NCBI GenBank assembly: GCA_003136185.1
Contig: PLDN01000024.1
Coordinates: 1-50,996, forward strand
Length of the DNA stretch: 50,996 bases
From: Acidimicrobiaceae bacterium
GTDB lineage: Bacteria > Actinomycetota > Acidimicrobiia > Acidimicrobiales > Bog-793
Reading direction: 5' to 3'
Shown here: piece after piece, positions 22,803-32,938 of the stretch
Layout: each line of letters opens with the position of its first letter
Numbering within the stretch: position 1 is the first letter of the stretch
Notes under the pieces: generated by a model
What the model saw: only the letters and a program-made list of their open reading frames with translations
Databases searched by the model: none
Told to the model about the DNA's origin: nothing
Position numbers and translations under genes: made by a program

Positions 22803-23719
22803 ATGCCCGACCTCCGTCCCGGCCGAGAGGCGGAGCGGACGGCCGGAGCGCGGCCCTCCTCGACGGTCGGCGCCTCCGCGACGAGATCCTCGCCGACCTG
22901 CGAAGACAGATCGAGGCCGTCGGCTCGCCGCCGGTGACGCTCGGAACCGTCGTCGTCGGCGACGACCCGGCCAGCAGGTCGTACGTGGCGTTCAAACATC
23001 GGGCCGCCGCGCAGGCGGGCATGCGAGCGGTCGGCGTGACCCTCGCCGAGACCGCTTCACATGCCGAGGTCGACGACGCCATCGAGCGTCTGGGGGCGGA
23101 CCCCTCGGTGCACGGAGTCTTCTTGCCGGTTCTCCTCCATGGCTACCTCGACGTAGACGCGGCACTGGCACGCCTGGACCCGGCCAAGGACATCGACGGC
23201 ATGACTGCCACCAGCCTCGGCCGTCTCGCCCTCGGCGCGCCTGGTCACGTCCGCTGCACCGCACTCGGTATCGTGCGCCTGTTCGAACGCCACGGCGTCG
23301 CGACGGCGGGAAGCCACGTCGTCATCCTCGGCCGCCTCTGGCCTGGTGGGTGCCCCCTTGGCGCTGCTGCTGTCCTCGGTGAGCCACGGTGCCGTCGTCA
23401 CCTTGGCAGACCCGGCCTCGCCGACCGGGAGGCGCTGGCCGACCTCGCCGAGCTGTGCCGCCAGGCTGACATGGTCGTGAGCGATGTGTCGCGTCCCCAT
23501 CTGGTCACCGCCGACTGGGTCCGGCCGGGGGCCACCGTCGTCGACGCGGGTGTGTCGAGCGTCGACGACCACATTGTCGGCGACGTCGACTTCGCTGCGG
23601 TCCAGGCCGTCGCTGGCGCCATCTGTCCGAACCCTGGCGGCGCCGGGCCGATGACCGTCGCCCGCCTCCTGCAAGCCACCCTGGCCGCAGCCCGCGCCAG
23701 CGGTGCTGTCAAGAGGTAG
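22803..23719 (+). pseudogene. folD: Methylenetetrahydrofolate dehydrogenase/cyclohydrolase, degenerate
   Basis: ALLDGRRLRDEI..VVVGDDPASRSYV..KDIDG..VRPGATVVDAG..PGGAGPMTVA. ATG 22803 is out of frame, and the GRSGLVGAPLALLL segment (about 23330-23410) lies in a shifted frame. Confidence 0.82.
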
Positions 23720-23952
23720 CAGAGAGCTTGCGAGGGGAGCGGTGATGGTCGAGCGCTCGTCGACGCCGGCTGAGTCGCCAAAGACTACGACCCGCCCGAC
23801 CGCTGGTGGCATGACATCGACTCTTGGGCCGCATGCCGTCAACGGCCAACGTCATGCCCCGCGTTGGGCGTGAGGAGGCAGGCCTCAGCAGGACCCGCCT
23901 TCGTCCCTCCAATGCTTTCGTTGAGTTGGCACCGCGGTCGGCGCGGGCCGTG

Positions 23953-24351
23953 TCAGCGGGTGAGGATCGGCACGCAGTCCGAACCGCACGAGCTGTCAGG
24001 TGACGGCGGCTCGCCCCGGCGGTGGAGGACGGCCCTGGTGGGTACGACGGCGAGCAGTTCGCCGTCGGGGCCGCCCAAGGGGCCGGCGAGGCCGTCGACG
24101 ATCAGGCTGTACCCGCCGGGCTCGGCTGGCGGGTACAGCAAGGTCACCTGCCGGTGCCCGCTCGCCTCGGATCCCGGCCAGCTGCTCGGCGCGTGGACGA
24201 TCAGCTGCTCCCCCGGCACGTCCCAGTTGACGGTGACCACGGCGCAGTGTGGTTGGTGGTGCGCGTTCACCGTCACGAGGTACGGCTCGGTGACGAACCC
24301 GGCGGCCGCGGCGCGCAAGCGGTCGAGATCCTCGTTGTGTGCGACGCTCAC
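23953..24351 (-). CDS. Pyridoxamine 5'-phosphate oxidase-like (FMN split-barrel) protein
   Basis: PYLVTVN..PH..VTLLYPPAEPGGYSLIVDG..PTRAVLHR..CGSDCVP. Confidence 0.72.
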   Translation of the reverse strand: MSVAHNEDLDRLRAAAAGFVTEPYLVTVNAHHQPHCAVVTVNWDVPGEQLIVHAPSSWPGSEASGHRQVTLLYPPAEPGGYSLIVDGLAGPLGGPDGELLAVVPTRAVLHRRGEPPSPDSSCGSDCVPILTR

Positions 24352-24403
24352 CGCGGCGATGGTAGCAACGGCCCGGGTCGCTCCGAAGCCGCCGGGGCGG
24401 AGA

Positions 24404-24831
24404 TCACGCGACGAGGCGCGCCACGAGCTGGATCTCGGTGGCGGCGAGAGCCTGCGACACTGGGCAACCGACCTTGGCCTTCTCGGCCTCTCGGTGGAAC
24501 GTCTCGTCGTCGATGCCGTCGACGGCCGCTTCGGTGCGTAGCTCGATGCGCGGGATCGAAAGCCGTCGGCCGTCTTCTCGATGCCGACGCGGGCGGTGGT
24601 GTCGATGCGGGTCGGGGGGTGACCGAGCTCGGAGAGCGCCAGCGACAACGCCATCGTGAAACACCCGGCGGCCGCTGCGCCGAGCAACTCCTCGGGGTCC
24701 GTCCCCGCTTCGGATTCAAAGCGCGAGCCGAACGAGTACGGCGCCTCCAGCCGGCCGCTCTCGACCGAGATCGTGCCGTGGCCCTCCTGTAGCGATCCTT
24801 CCCATGCGGCCGTAGCCGTTCTCACTGGCAT
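24404..24831 (-). pseudogene. osmC: OsmC family peroxiredoxin, frameshifted near 24560
   Basis: MPVRTATAAWEGSL..YSFGSRFE..GTDPEELLGAA..GCFTMALS, then SIPRIEL..AKVGCPVSQAL in another frame. One T appears missing from a T-run. Confidence 0.88.
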
Positions 24832-24884
24832 CTCTGTTCTCCTTTGCTTATCGGCTTCAGCCGATGCGGTCTGGACCGGTCCGG

Positions 24885-25118
24885 CTAATCCTCGATGAAG
24901 ATGCACTCCCCCGGGCACTCCTCGGCCGCTTCGCGCACCGCGTCCTCGAGCTCGGAGGGCACCTGTGCGACGCCATCGGCACCGCCGGGGTCGCTCAACA
25001 CCCGGTCGCCCTCTTTCACGTAGGCGAGCCCGTCCTCCAAGAGGGTGAAGACCTGCGGGCAGATCTCCTCGCACAGGCCGTCGCCCGTGCACAGGTCCTG
25101 GTCGATCCAGACTCTCAC
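24885..25118 (-). CDS. Ferredoxin (single cluster, CxxDxxC..CP)
   Basis: MRVWIDQDLCTGDGLCEEICPQVF..AAEECPGECI. Confidence 0.93.
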   Translation of the reverse strand: MRVWIDQDLCTGDGLCEEICPQVFTLLEDGLAYVKEGDRVLSDPGGADGVAQVPSELEDAVREAAEECPGECIFIED

Positions 25119-25121
25119 CGC

Positions 25122-25372
25122 TCACCACATCCCGAGCTCGAGGCGAGCGTCCTCGGACAAGCGGCTCACGTCCCAGGGGTCTTGGGCCTTGCCTCGGCGC
25201 TCACCGTCGACGCGGCTCGGATCGCGGCCGGCGAGCACGTGCGCGAGGGTGCTCTTGCCAGAGCCGTTCGGGCCCATGATGGCGTGCACCTCCCCGGCGC
25301 GGACAGTGAGGCTCACGCCACGTAGGATCTCGGTGCCATCGACGCTGGCACGAAGGTCGTCGATCACGAGCA

Positions 25373-25373
<1 letters not shown>
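25122..25373 (-). pseudogene. sufC: SufC N-terminal fragment fused to a SufT/DUF59-like C-terminal tail
   Basis: [34 protein letters not shown] (Walker A), then abruptly [18 protein letters not shown]. Confidence 0.82.
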
Positions 25374-26826
<1,453 letters not shown>

Positions 26827-26830
<4 letters not shown>

Positions 26831-28073
26831 CCGGCCAGTCCCGCCGGGCGCCCGATACGCACCCGCCACACCTTGGGGCCGGACTCCAGGTAGTCCGAGG
26901 TGCCAACGTGGCGGGCCTCGAACTGGTAGCGCAGCGGTTTGGGGTCGTGGTCGTTCACGAGCACGAAGCCGGCTCCTGGGCTGAGGGCGTCGTAGGTGGC
27001 GAAGATGGACTCGTGACGCTGCTCGTGGGAAAGGGCCGGACATCGAGCTCGGCCTCGGCCCCGCCGGTCCCACCCTTACCTTGCGCCGCGCCGGCGGCCG
27101 GGCTCGCCGGGCGCCCGATGCGGACCCGCCACACCTTGGGGCCGGCCTCGAGGACGTCCCAGGCGAACTCGCCGGTGTGCTCGGCCTCGAACTGGTAGCG
27201 CAGCGGCTTGGGGTCGTGGTCGTTCACGAGCACGAAACCGGCACCCCGGGCAAGGGCGCTGTAGGCGGCGAAGATGGCCTCGTGGCGTTGTGCGGGTGCG
27301 AGGTCCCGCACGTCGAGGAGCGCCTCGTTCGCCGGTTCCCCGTTTCGGACTTCACCGGTGCTGGTCGCAGCGGTGAAGGTGACGGGCTCCGCCGTCACCG
27401 AACGGACCAGGCGGTGCAGCGCAGCGGTCACCCGGACCGCCAGGTCCGGTCTCGGCACCCGCAGGACCGCCCATGCCTGGGCGACGAGCCGGCACGCCCG
27501 GTCCCCCTGACCAGCCTCGGCCAACCCGCCTCCTGCGTCGAGCAGCAGCGAGAGCATCCTCGACTCGGTGTCGGGGGCCGAGGAGTCCTCCTCGGTGGAG
27601 GTGGCGTGCTGGGCGGCTTCGGTGAGGCGATGCATCTGGACCAGCAACTGCGCCAGGTCAACTGTCTTGTCGGCTTGCAGCGGCGGCAGGAGGAGGTCGT
27701 TCTCCTTTCCCACGTGCGTGGCGAAGAGCGCGCCGAGCGCCTCGGCCTGCGCCAGTGCGTCCGGGCCGCTCGAGGACTGGGCGAGCCGTTCGAGCGACGA
27801 CGCCAAGCTCCGGTGCTCGGCGGTCATCTCCTCGACCGTCGCCGCAAGCTCGGGGCGAGCTCGGGCGGCTTGATAGACGGTGTGCTCCTCGGCGAGAGCG
27901 TGGGGGAGCACCTCATCGGCCACGTATGCCACGAACTCAGCGGCTGCCGCCTCGTAGGCGCGCTCGCTCTCGACGGCCGCCCGCAGGGCGCCCACCCGTC
28001 TCGCTACCTCGTCACCGAGGTTCTGGTGGTGCGCCAACATCGCCTCGAAGGCTTCGTTCTCGGTGATCGTCAC
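26827..28073 (-). pseudogene. Hemerythrin domain plus two DUF2249 domains; frameshift near 27030 in the last domain
   Basis: HH..LPHALAEE..EH..HVGKENDLLLP (hemerythrin), then [42 protein letters not shown] second copy continues after one missing C and stops at a TGA overlapping the sufB GTG. Confidence 0.85.
26840..27320. repeat. Tandem duplication of the DUF2249 coding unit (about 200 bp, 2 copies)
   Basis: Near-identical blocks gcctcgaactggtagcgcagcgg(t/c)ttggggtcgtggtcgttcacgagcacgaa at about 26915 and 27185, and cccgccacaccttggggccgg at about 26862 and 27125. Confidence 0.85.
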
Positions 28074-28126
28074 GGCGCGTGCTCCTCCTCGCTGCCGCTT
28101 CAAGAGCCGGCGGCGCTGTCCAATAG

Positions 28127-28150
28127 TATCTCTAGTCTATACTAGATGTA
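28127..28150. promoter_or_regulatory. Palindromic operator copy 6 (TATC-TCTAG-TCTATA-CTAGA-TGTA)
   Basis: Full 24-bp consensus with core at 28131-28146, between divergent units. It contains TATACT(+) and TAGACT(-) -10-like hexamers. Confidence 0.85.
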
Positions 28151-28249
28151 CAGGTGGAAGTGACGGCCAGACCGGGCTCTCCTGACGAGAGTTCGTGCCG
28201 ATGACATGGCAGCGCTGCCCGAAGACGTACTCCACTACAACGAACCGGG

Positions 28250-28732
28250 GTGACGAGGATGTTGGCAACGAGCACGCCGCTGGTGGCAGTCGAGCTTCTT
28301 TCGGCCTGCGTCTGGGTGGGCAGCCTTGTCTGCCTCGCACTGGTCGCCAACGTGGCTCGCCGGGTGCTCGACGGTCCCTCCCAGGTGGTGTTCTTCCGTG
28401 CCATCGGCCGCCGCTACGGGATCGTCGGCACCGTCTCGCTGCTGGTGGCGATCGGGGTGGGCCTGGCGTTGGCGTGGCCACCCTCGACCTGGTCGGGAAC
28501 CATCGCCGCCGCCGTCGCCCTCGCCGGTGTCCTCGTCGTCGCGACGGCCGCTGGCATGGTCCAGGCGCGGGCGATGACGCGGCTTCGCCGACGCGCCATG
28601 AGCACGCCCGACGACGACAACGCCTTGGCAGCGGTGCGCCGGGGCAAATGGCTGGCGAGTGGGGTGCGCAGCCTGATGGCCATCCTTACCCTGGCAATCG
28701 TCGTGCTCGGTGCCCAGGCGATTGTGCGCTGA
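28250..28732 (+). CDS. 4-TM membrane protein, CopD/DUF4149-like
   Basis: ELLSACVWVGSLVCL..RRVL..FFRAIGRRYG; four hydrophobic segments. Confidence 0.65.
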   Translation: MTRMLATSTPLVAVELLSACVWVGSLVCLALVANVARRVLDGPSQVVFFRAIGRRYGIVGTVSLLVAIGVGLALAWPPSTWSGTIAAAVALAGVLVVATAAGMVQARAMTRLRRRAMSTPDDDNALAAVRRGKWLASGVRSLMAILTLAIVVLGAQAIVR

Positions 28733-28770
28733 GCCGGCTGGCCGAGTGCACCAGGGCAGCCCCGAGATGG

Positions 28771-28794
28771 TTTCTCTAGTGACCGGTAGCTAAA
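28771..28794. promoter_or_regulatory. Degenerate operator copy 7 (TCTAG-TGACCG-GTAGC)
   Basis: Core at 28775-28790 with two mismatches, intergenic just before GTG 28804. Confidence 0.5.
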
Positions 28795-28803
28795 GTCGTT
28801 CAG

Positions 28804-29355
28804 GTGCGCACTCCGCGACTCCCCATCGTCGACGGTCAGCAGGCGGGGACTGGCTGTCCAGGAGAGGAGGGCGGGACGGTCCGTCCAACCCCTGCCAAGG
28901 GTGGCGAGCCGCCCGGGAAACCTCGCTCGTGGGTAGTGTTCGTCGTCGTCGGTGCCGTGCTGGTGTTGGCCGGAGGTTTCGTTGCCGCCGCCGGGGGGGA
29001 GGCGCCGAGTCGGCACCTCTCATGGGCGAGCGCCTACCTCGTCCTCGTGTGCGGCTCGGCACAGGTGCTCCTCGGTGGCGGCCAAGCCCTATTGGCCCGT
29101 CGTTTGCCGGGGCCGAGCCTTGTCGCTGCCCAGTTCGCCGCCTTCAACCTCGGCAACGCCGGCGTGCTCGCCGGAACGCTGTCGGGGGTGACGGGCGTGC
29201 TCTACGCGGGGAGCGCAGTCCTGGTCGTCGCCCTCGGTCTGTTCGCCTGGGCCACGAGAGAAGCTGTCGCCCGGCACCGCCTGGTGATTGCCTATCGGGC
29301 CGCGCTCGTCGTGCTGGCCGTGAGCGTTCCGGTCGGCGGCGCGCTGGCACGCTGA
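28804..29355 (+). CDS. Hypothetical membrane protein (about 5 TM)
   Basis: Hydrophobic ORF with WASAYLVLVCGSAQ and FNLGNAGVLAGT motifs. Confidence 0.65.
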   Translation: MRTPRLPIVDGQQAGTGCPGEEGGTVRPTPAKGGEPPGKPRSWVVFVVVGAVLVLAGGFVAAAGGEAPSRHLSWASAYLVLVCGSAQVLLGGGQALLARRLPGPSLVAAQFAAFNLGNAGVLAGTLSGVTGVLYAGSAVLVVALGLFAWATREAVARHRLVIAYRAALVVLAVSVPVGGALAR

Positions 29356-29378
29356 GCCGAGCCTGTGATTCGTGCCTC

Positions 29379-30347
29379 GTGACCCGACGCCGCCCCTTCA
29401 CCGTCCCCGCGTCCATAAGCCATCGCCTGAACATCTCGGCCTTGGCATTGGTCGGCCTCATCTTGGTCACCGGTGGCGCCGTTCGCTTGACCGGTTCGGG
29501 CCTGGGGTGCACCGATTGGCCCGACTGCCGGGTCGGTCACCTCACCCCGGCGCTGCAGTTTCATCCGCTGATCGAATTCTCGAACCGGATGGTCACCGAC
29601 CTCCTCACCGTCGTCGTAGTGGCGGCATTCTTGGCTGCGGTCTTTCGCAACCCCCATCGGCGCGACCTCGTCTATCTGAGCGGGGGCTTGGTCATCGGGA
29701 TCCTGGCGCAAGCGGCAGTCGGCGGCATCGTCGTCCTTACCAAGCTCAATCCCTACTGGGTCATGGTGCACATGTTCGCCACCATGATCTTGCTCGCCAA
29801 CGCGGTCGTCCTGGTTCACCGGTCCAGCCGGGACTACCGCCCCGGCTCGGGCCACCTCCTCATTCCCCGTCCGTTGCTCCGCCTGCACTACGGGATACTC
29901 GCCCTCTTGGCCGCGGTGGTCGCGGCCGGCACGGCAACCACGGGCGCCGGTCCTCTCGCCGGGAACTCCCAAGGCCAGGAGGTCGCCAGGCGCATCCCCG
30001 TTCCACTACGCGACCTCGCAGAGCTCCACGCCACCTTGGCGATGCTCCTCGTCGGCATGACCATCGGCCTCGTCGTCGGGCTCCATGTGGTCAACGTAGA
30101 AGAGCGGGTGCGTCGAGCGGGACGGATGTTCTTCACCGTCATGGTGGCCCAGGCAGGCGTGGGCTACATCCAGTACTTCACGCACCTCCCCGCCGCCGTG
30201 GTGGAAGTGCACATCCTCGGCGCGACCATGCTCGTCGTCGGAGCAGTGCAGAGTTTCTTGGCCTCTACGTACCACCCCCCTGAAGTCGTCTCGGCGGCGG
30301 TAGTTCCGGAACCGATGGGGACAGGCGAGCCGCTCGGTGCAGGATAG
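29379..30347 (+). CDS. ctaA: Heme A synthase (COX15/CtaA)
   Basis: TGGAVRLTGSGLGCTDWPDC, IEFSNR, QAAVGGIVV, VMVH, TGAGP, ELH, Q..VGY.QY, VEVH. Confidence 0.9.
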   Translation: MTRRRPFTVPASISHRLNISALALVGLILVTGGAVRLTGSGLGCTDWPDCRVGHLTPALQFHPLIEFSNRMVTDLLTVVVVAAFLAAVFRNPHRRDLVYLSGGLVIGILAQAAVGGIVVLTKLNPYWVMVHMFATMILLANAVVLVHRSSRDYRPGSGHLLIPRPLLRLHYGILALLAAVVAAGTATTGAGPLAGNSQGQEVARRIPVPLRDLAELHATLAMLLVGMTIGLVVGLHVVNVEERVRRAGRMFFTVMVAQAGVGYIQYFTHLPAAVVEVHILGATMLVVGAVQSFLASTYHPPEVVSAAVVPEPMGTGEPLGAG

Positions 30348-30467
30348 AGCGCGTCCGATTCGGGCTGGACCGACGCCGCGAGTAGCGCGGGGACCTCGGG
30401 CACACGTTGCCGGCCAAGGAGCTCGGAGCTGCCAGCCGACCGCCCTTCCTCCGAGGACAGGTTGCAT

Positions 30468-30562
30468 TCGCACACGTTCAGGCGTCCGGGCTCGCCCCTC
30501 TCGGGAGCAGTACCGTTGCGGGACAGCGCCGGGATCTCACCGGTCTTCGCTGACGTGCACGA
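30468..30562 (-). ncRNA. Cobalamin riboswitch (compact form)
   Basis: The minus strand reads GCGAAGACCGGTGAGATCCCGGCGCTGTCCCGCAACGGT..GAGCCCGGACGCCTG (core plus B12 box), closed by a TCGTGCACGT/ACGTGTGCGA stem. Confidence 0.8.
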
Positions 30563-30713
30563 CCCCGGCTCTCGCCGAGGCCGGACGAGGGTACCGCCTC
30601 GGGCGACTCGTCGCGGTGATCGACCGATGCGCCCTCGCTCCGTGCGCCGCTGGACGGTCCAGCGCGTCGACTGCCAACGCGCGGCTGACGCCGGTGCCTC
30701 GCCTACCCGAGGG

Positions 30714-31178
30714 TTACCCGGCGGGTCGCGTTGGGTGGTAGCTGCCGACCGGTGACCGGAGCCCCACGGCGAAACGGTTCCAGCCGTTGATGGCGACGAC
30801 GGCCAGGGTAAGTGCCACGGTCTCTTCGGGGCTGAACTCTGCCGTCACCTGGTCGTACACGTCGTCGGGTGCCCCCGAGGTCGGCAGGAGGGTCAGCGCC
30901 TCGCACCATGCCAGACCAGCGCGCTCACGCGGCGAGTACACCGGAGCTTCCGTCCAGGCCGCCACGAGGTGGAGCCGTTGATCGGTCATGCCCATCGCCG
31001 CGGCGTCCTTGGTGTGCATGTCGAGGCAGTAGCCGCACCCATTGAGCTGGGAGGCACGGATCTTCACCAGCTCGAGCAGCTCCGGTTCGAGGGAGCTGGC
31101 GTGCACCGCCTTCTCGAGCTCGCCCATGGCCCTGATCGCCTCGGGATAGACGCTGCGATAGTCGACTCGCATCTCCAT
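30714..31178 (-). CDS. Carboxymuconolactone decarboxylase / AhpD-like protein
   Basis: LLELVKIRASQLNGCGYCLDMH..RERAGLAWCEALT..INGWNR. Confidence 0.92.
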   Translation of the reverse strand: MEMRVDYRSVYPEAIRAMGELEKAVHASSLEPELLELVKIRASQLNGCGYCLDMHTKDAAAMGMTDQRLHLVAAWTEAPVYSPRERAGLAWCEALTLLPTSGAPDDVYDQVTAEFSPEETVALTLAVVAINGWNRFAVGLRSPVGSYHPTRPAG

Positions 31179-31442
31179 GTCTCCTCACTGCTCACGGCCC
31201 GCACTCGGCAGCTGCTCGGGTCCTCGACACCGTCGCCCCGGAGCGCCAGTCCTCACCGAGCGAGCCTCCTCCGGAACACCTCCCAGGTATTTTAGCTCGT
31301 CGACTGATAAACGAATCCCGCTTGGGTCATGCTGTCACCAGCGTTCCGACCGCTTCGGCCGGGCGAGGCACGGGCGCCTCGGCTACGGGCGTCGCGCCGC
31401 TGTCAGAACCGGCGGTACCGTTGGCCGAGTGGAGCGCCTGCG

Positions 31443-32012
31443 ATGACCGAGACCGGCTTCCCGCTCCCACCGGATCTGCCGGTGCCGGTCGACGACGGCG
31501 CGGCCACCCATCTCGCCAAGATGGTGCTCCCTCCGCTGGCGCTACGCGCGACCGGCGGGGAGATCGTGACGCTCTCGGCTCTGCCCGGGCCCCGTGCCGT
31601 CCTGTACCTGTACCCGATGACCGGCCGTCCCGGGGTCTTGCTCCCAGACGGCTGGGACCTCATCCCCGGAGCGCGGGGTTGCACGCCCGAAGCGTGCGGC
31701 TTTCGAGACCACCATGTGGGGTTCGCCCACCTCGGTGCGCACGTGTACGGCTTGTCGAGCCAGGACTCGGCGTACCAGCAGGAGGTCGTGGACCGGCTCG
31801 GTCTTACGTTCCCTCTCCTCTCCGATCCGGGACTCCAACTGGCAGAGGCGCTGAGGTTGCCCACTTTCGAAGTGGAGGGCAAGCGGTTGTACAAGAGGCT
31901 CACGATGGTGATCTCAAATGGCCGCGTCGAGCGAGTCTTCTATCCGATGTTTCCGCCGGACACGCACGCCGAGGAGATCCTGAGCTGGCTCGCGTCGTCT
32001 CGGATCGCGTGA
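31443..32012 (+). CDS. Peroxiredoxin (BCP/PrxQ-like)
   Basis: LPVPVDDGAA..YPMTG..WDLIPGARGCTPEACGFRD..GLSSQ..LLSD..KRLT..VFYP. Confidence 0.9.
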   Translation: MTETGFPLPPDLPVPVDDGAATHLAKMVLPPLALRATGGEIVTLSALPGPRAVLYLYPMTGRPGVLLPDGWDLIPGARGCTPEACGFRDHHVGFAHLGAHVYGLSSQDSAYQQEVVDRLGLTFPLLSDPGLQLAEALRLPTFEVEGKRLYKRLTMVISNGRVERVFYPMFPPDTHAEEILSWLASSRIA

Positions 32013-32070
32013 TGAAGCCCCTCGCCGCGGCTCCTCCCCGCAGCCGGGGCTTCGAACGACAGGAGCGGGA

Positions 32071-32648
32071 GTGCAGCTCCTTACGGTCGGCCACGGCACC
32101 ATGAGTGGCAAGGGCTTGCCGGCCTGCTCGCTTGGAAGGGCGCAGAGTTGGTCGTCGACGTGCGCAGCGCCCCTGGCGGTCGCCACAACCCGCACTTCTC
32201 CCGCAACCGACTCGATGAGCGGTTGCCTCCCGCTGGCCTCAGCTACCGCTGGGAGAGTCGTCTCGCCGAGTTCGGTCGCCCCGATGTAGGCCCGCCAAAC
32301 GTGGCCTTTGCGACCCGTCGTTCCGCGGCTACGCCGACTACATGACCACGTCCGAGCTTCGAGCCGCCCTGGATGGGCCCATCGGCGACGCCCGGCTCGC
32401 GGGCGACGGCCGTCAGGTGCGCCGAAACCCTGTGGCGGCGCTGCCACCGGCGCCTCATCGCTGATACCGCCGCACTGGTCTTCGAGGCCTCGTCCGCCAC
32501 CTCGGTCACGACGGTCGGCTCGCCCCATCGCCTGACCGACAGGGCACGGCTCGACGGATCAGGTGGGATCGCCTACGACGGCGGCCTGGGCCGCTCCTCG
32601 CCCGACGATCCCGAGCCCCCCGCTCGTGACGACGGTTACCGGATGTAG
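32071..32648 (+). pseudogene. DUF488 family protein with multiple frameshifts
   Basis: LLTVGHGT / VVDVRSAPGGRHNPHF / SFRGYADYM / AVRCAETLWRRCHRRLIAD lie in different frames. Confidence 0.8.
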
Positions 32649-32669
32649 TTCTAGGCGGCGGCAGACGTA
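32646..32669. promoter_or_regulatory. Palindromic operator copy 8 (TAGT-TCTAG-GCGGCG-GCAGA-CGTA)
   Basis: Core at 32650-32665 with both outer TA dinucleotides; about 270 bp upstream of narG. Confidence 0.72.
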
Positions 32670-32851
32670 ATCCAAGGCGATGCTCCTCTAGGTGCCTTGC
32701 GAGGTTGGCGCCGGCGGGGCGCCGGGTCCTCCTCTGCACACCCTTTAGTTCGCCGGCTCTCCTTCCGGTGCGCTTGCGCCCGACGGGAACGCCGAAACGC
32801 CCGACGTACGGGCGAACCCATGAGCCGCCCGGCCCCCGCGCGTCGTCAGCG

Positions 32852-32875
32852 TATTTCCGTCTGCGGCTAGACAGA
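32852..32875. promoter_or_regulatory. Degenerate operator copy 9 (TATT-TCCGT-CTGCGG-CTAGA)
   Basis: Core at 32856-32871, about 65 bp upstream of the narG start. Confidence 0.55.
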
Positions 32876-32938
32876 GCGTAAGGTGGACACGGGCCGCGCG
32901 ACCGAGGAGACGCGGCACGGCTGAGGACGTGGAGGGTG

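Noticed and set aside
23953-25128. Apparent 391-aa OsmC-PNPOx fusion
   Set aside because: It is created by the single-base frameshift in osmC; the true OsmC C-terminus, with its second Cys, is in ORF 24404-24664.
31286-31312. AT-rich near-palindrome TATTTTAGCTCGTCGACTGATAA between the CMD and peroxiredoxin genes
   Set aside because: It does not fit TCTAG-N6-CTAGA and occurs once; it might be a site for another regulator, but I cannot support that.
32687-32702. TCTAG-GTGCCT-TGCGA and other lone half-sites (20339, 22799, 35861, 45322)
   Set aside because: The second half-site is missing or too divergent, or the site lies within coding sequence; not counted as operators.
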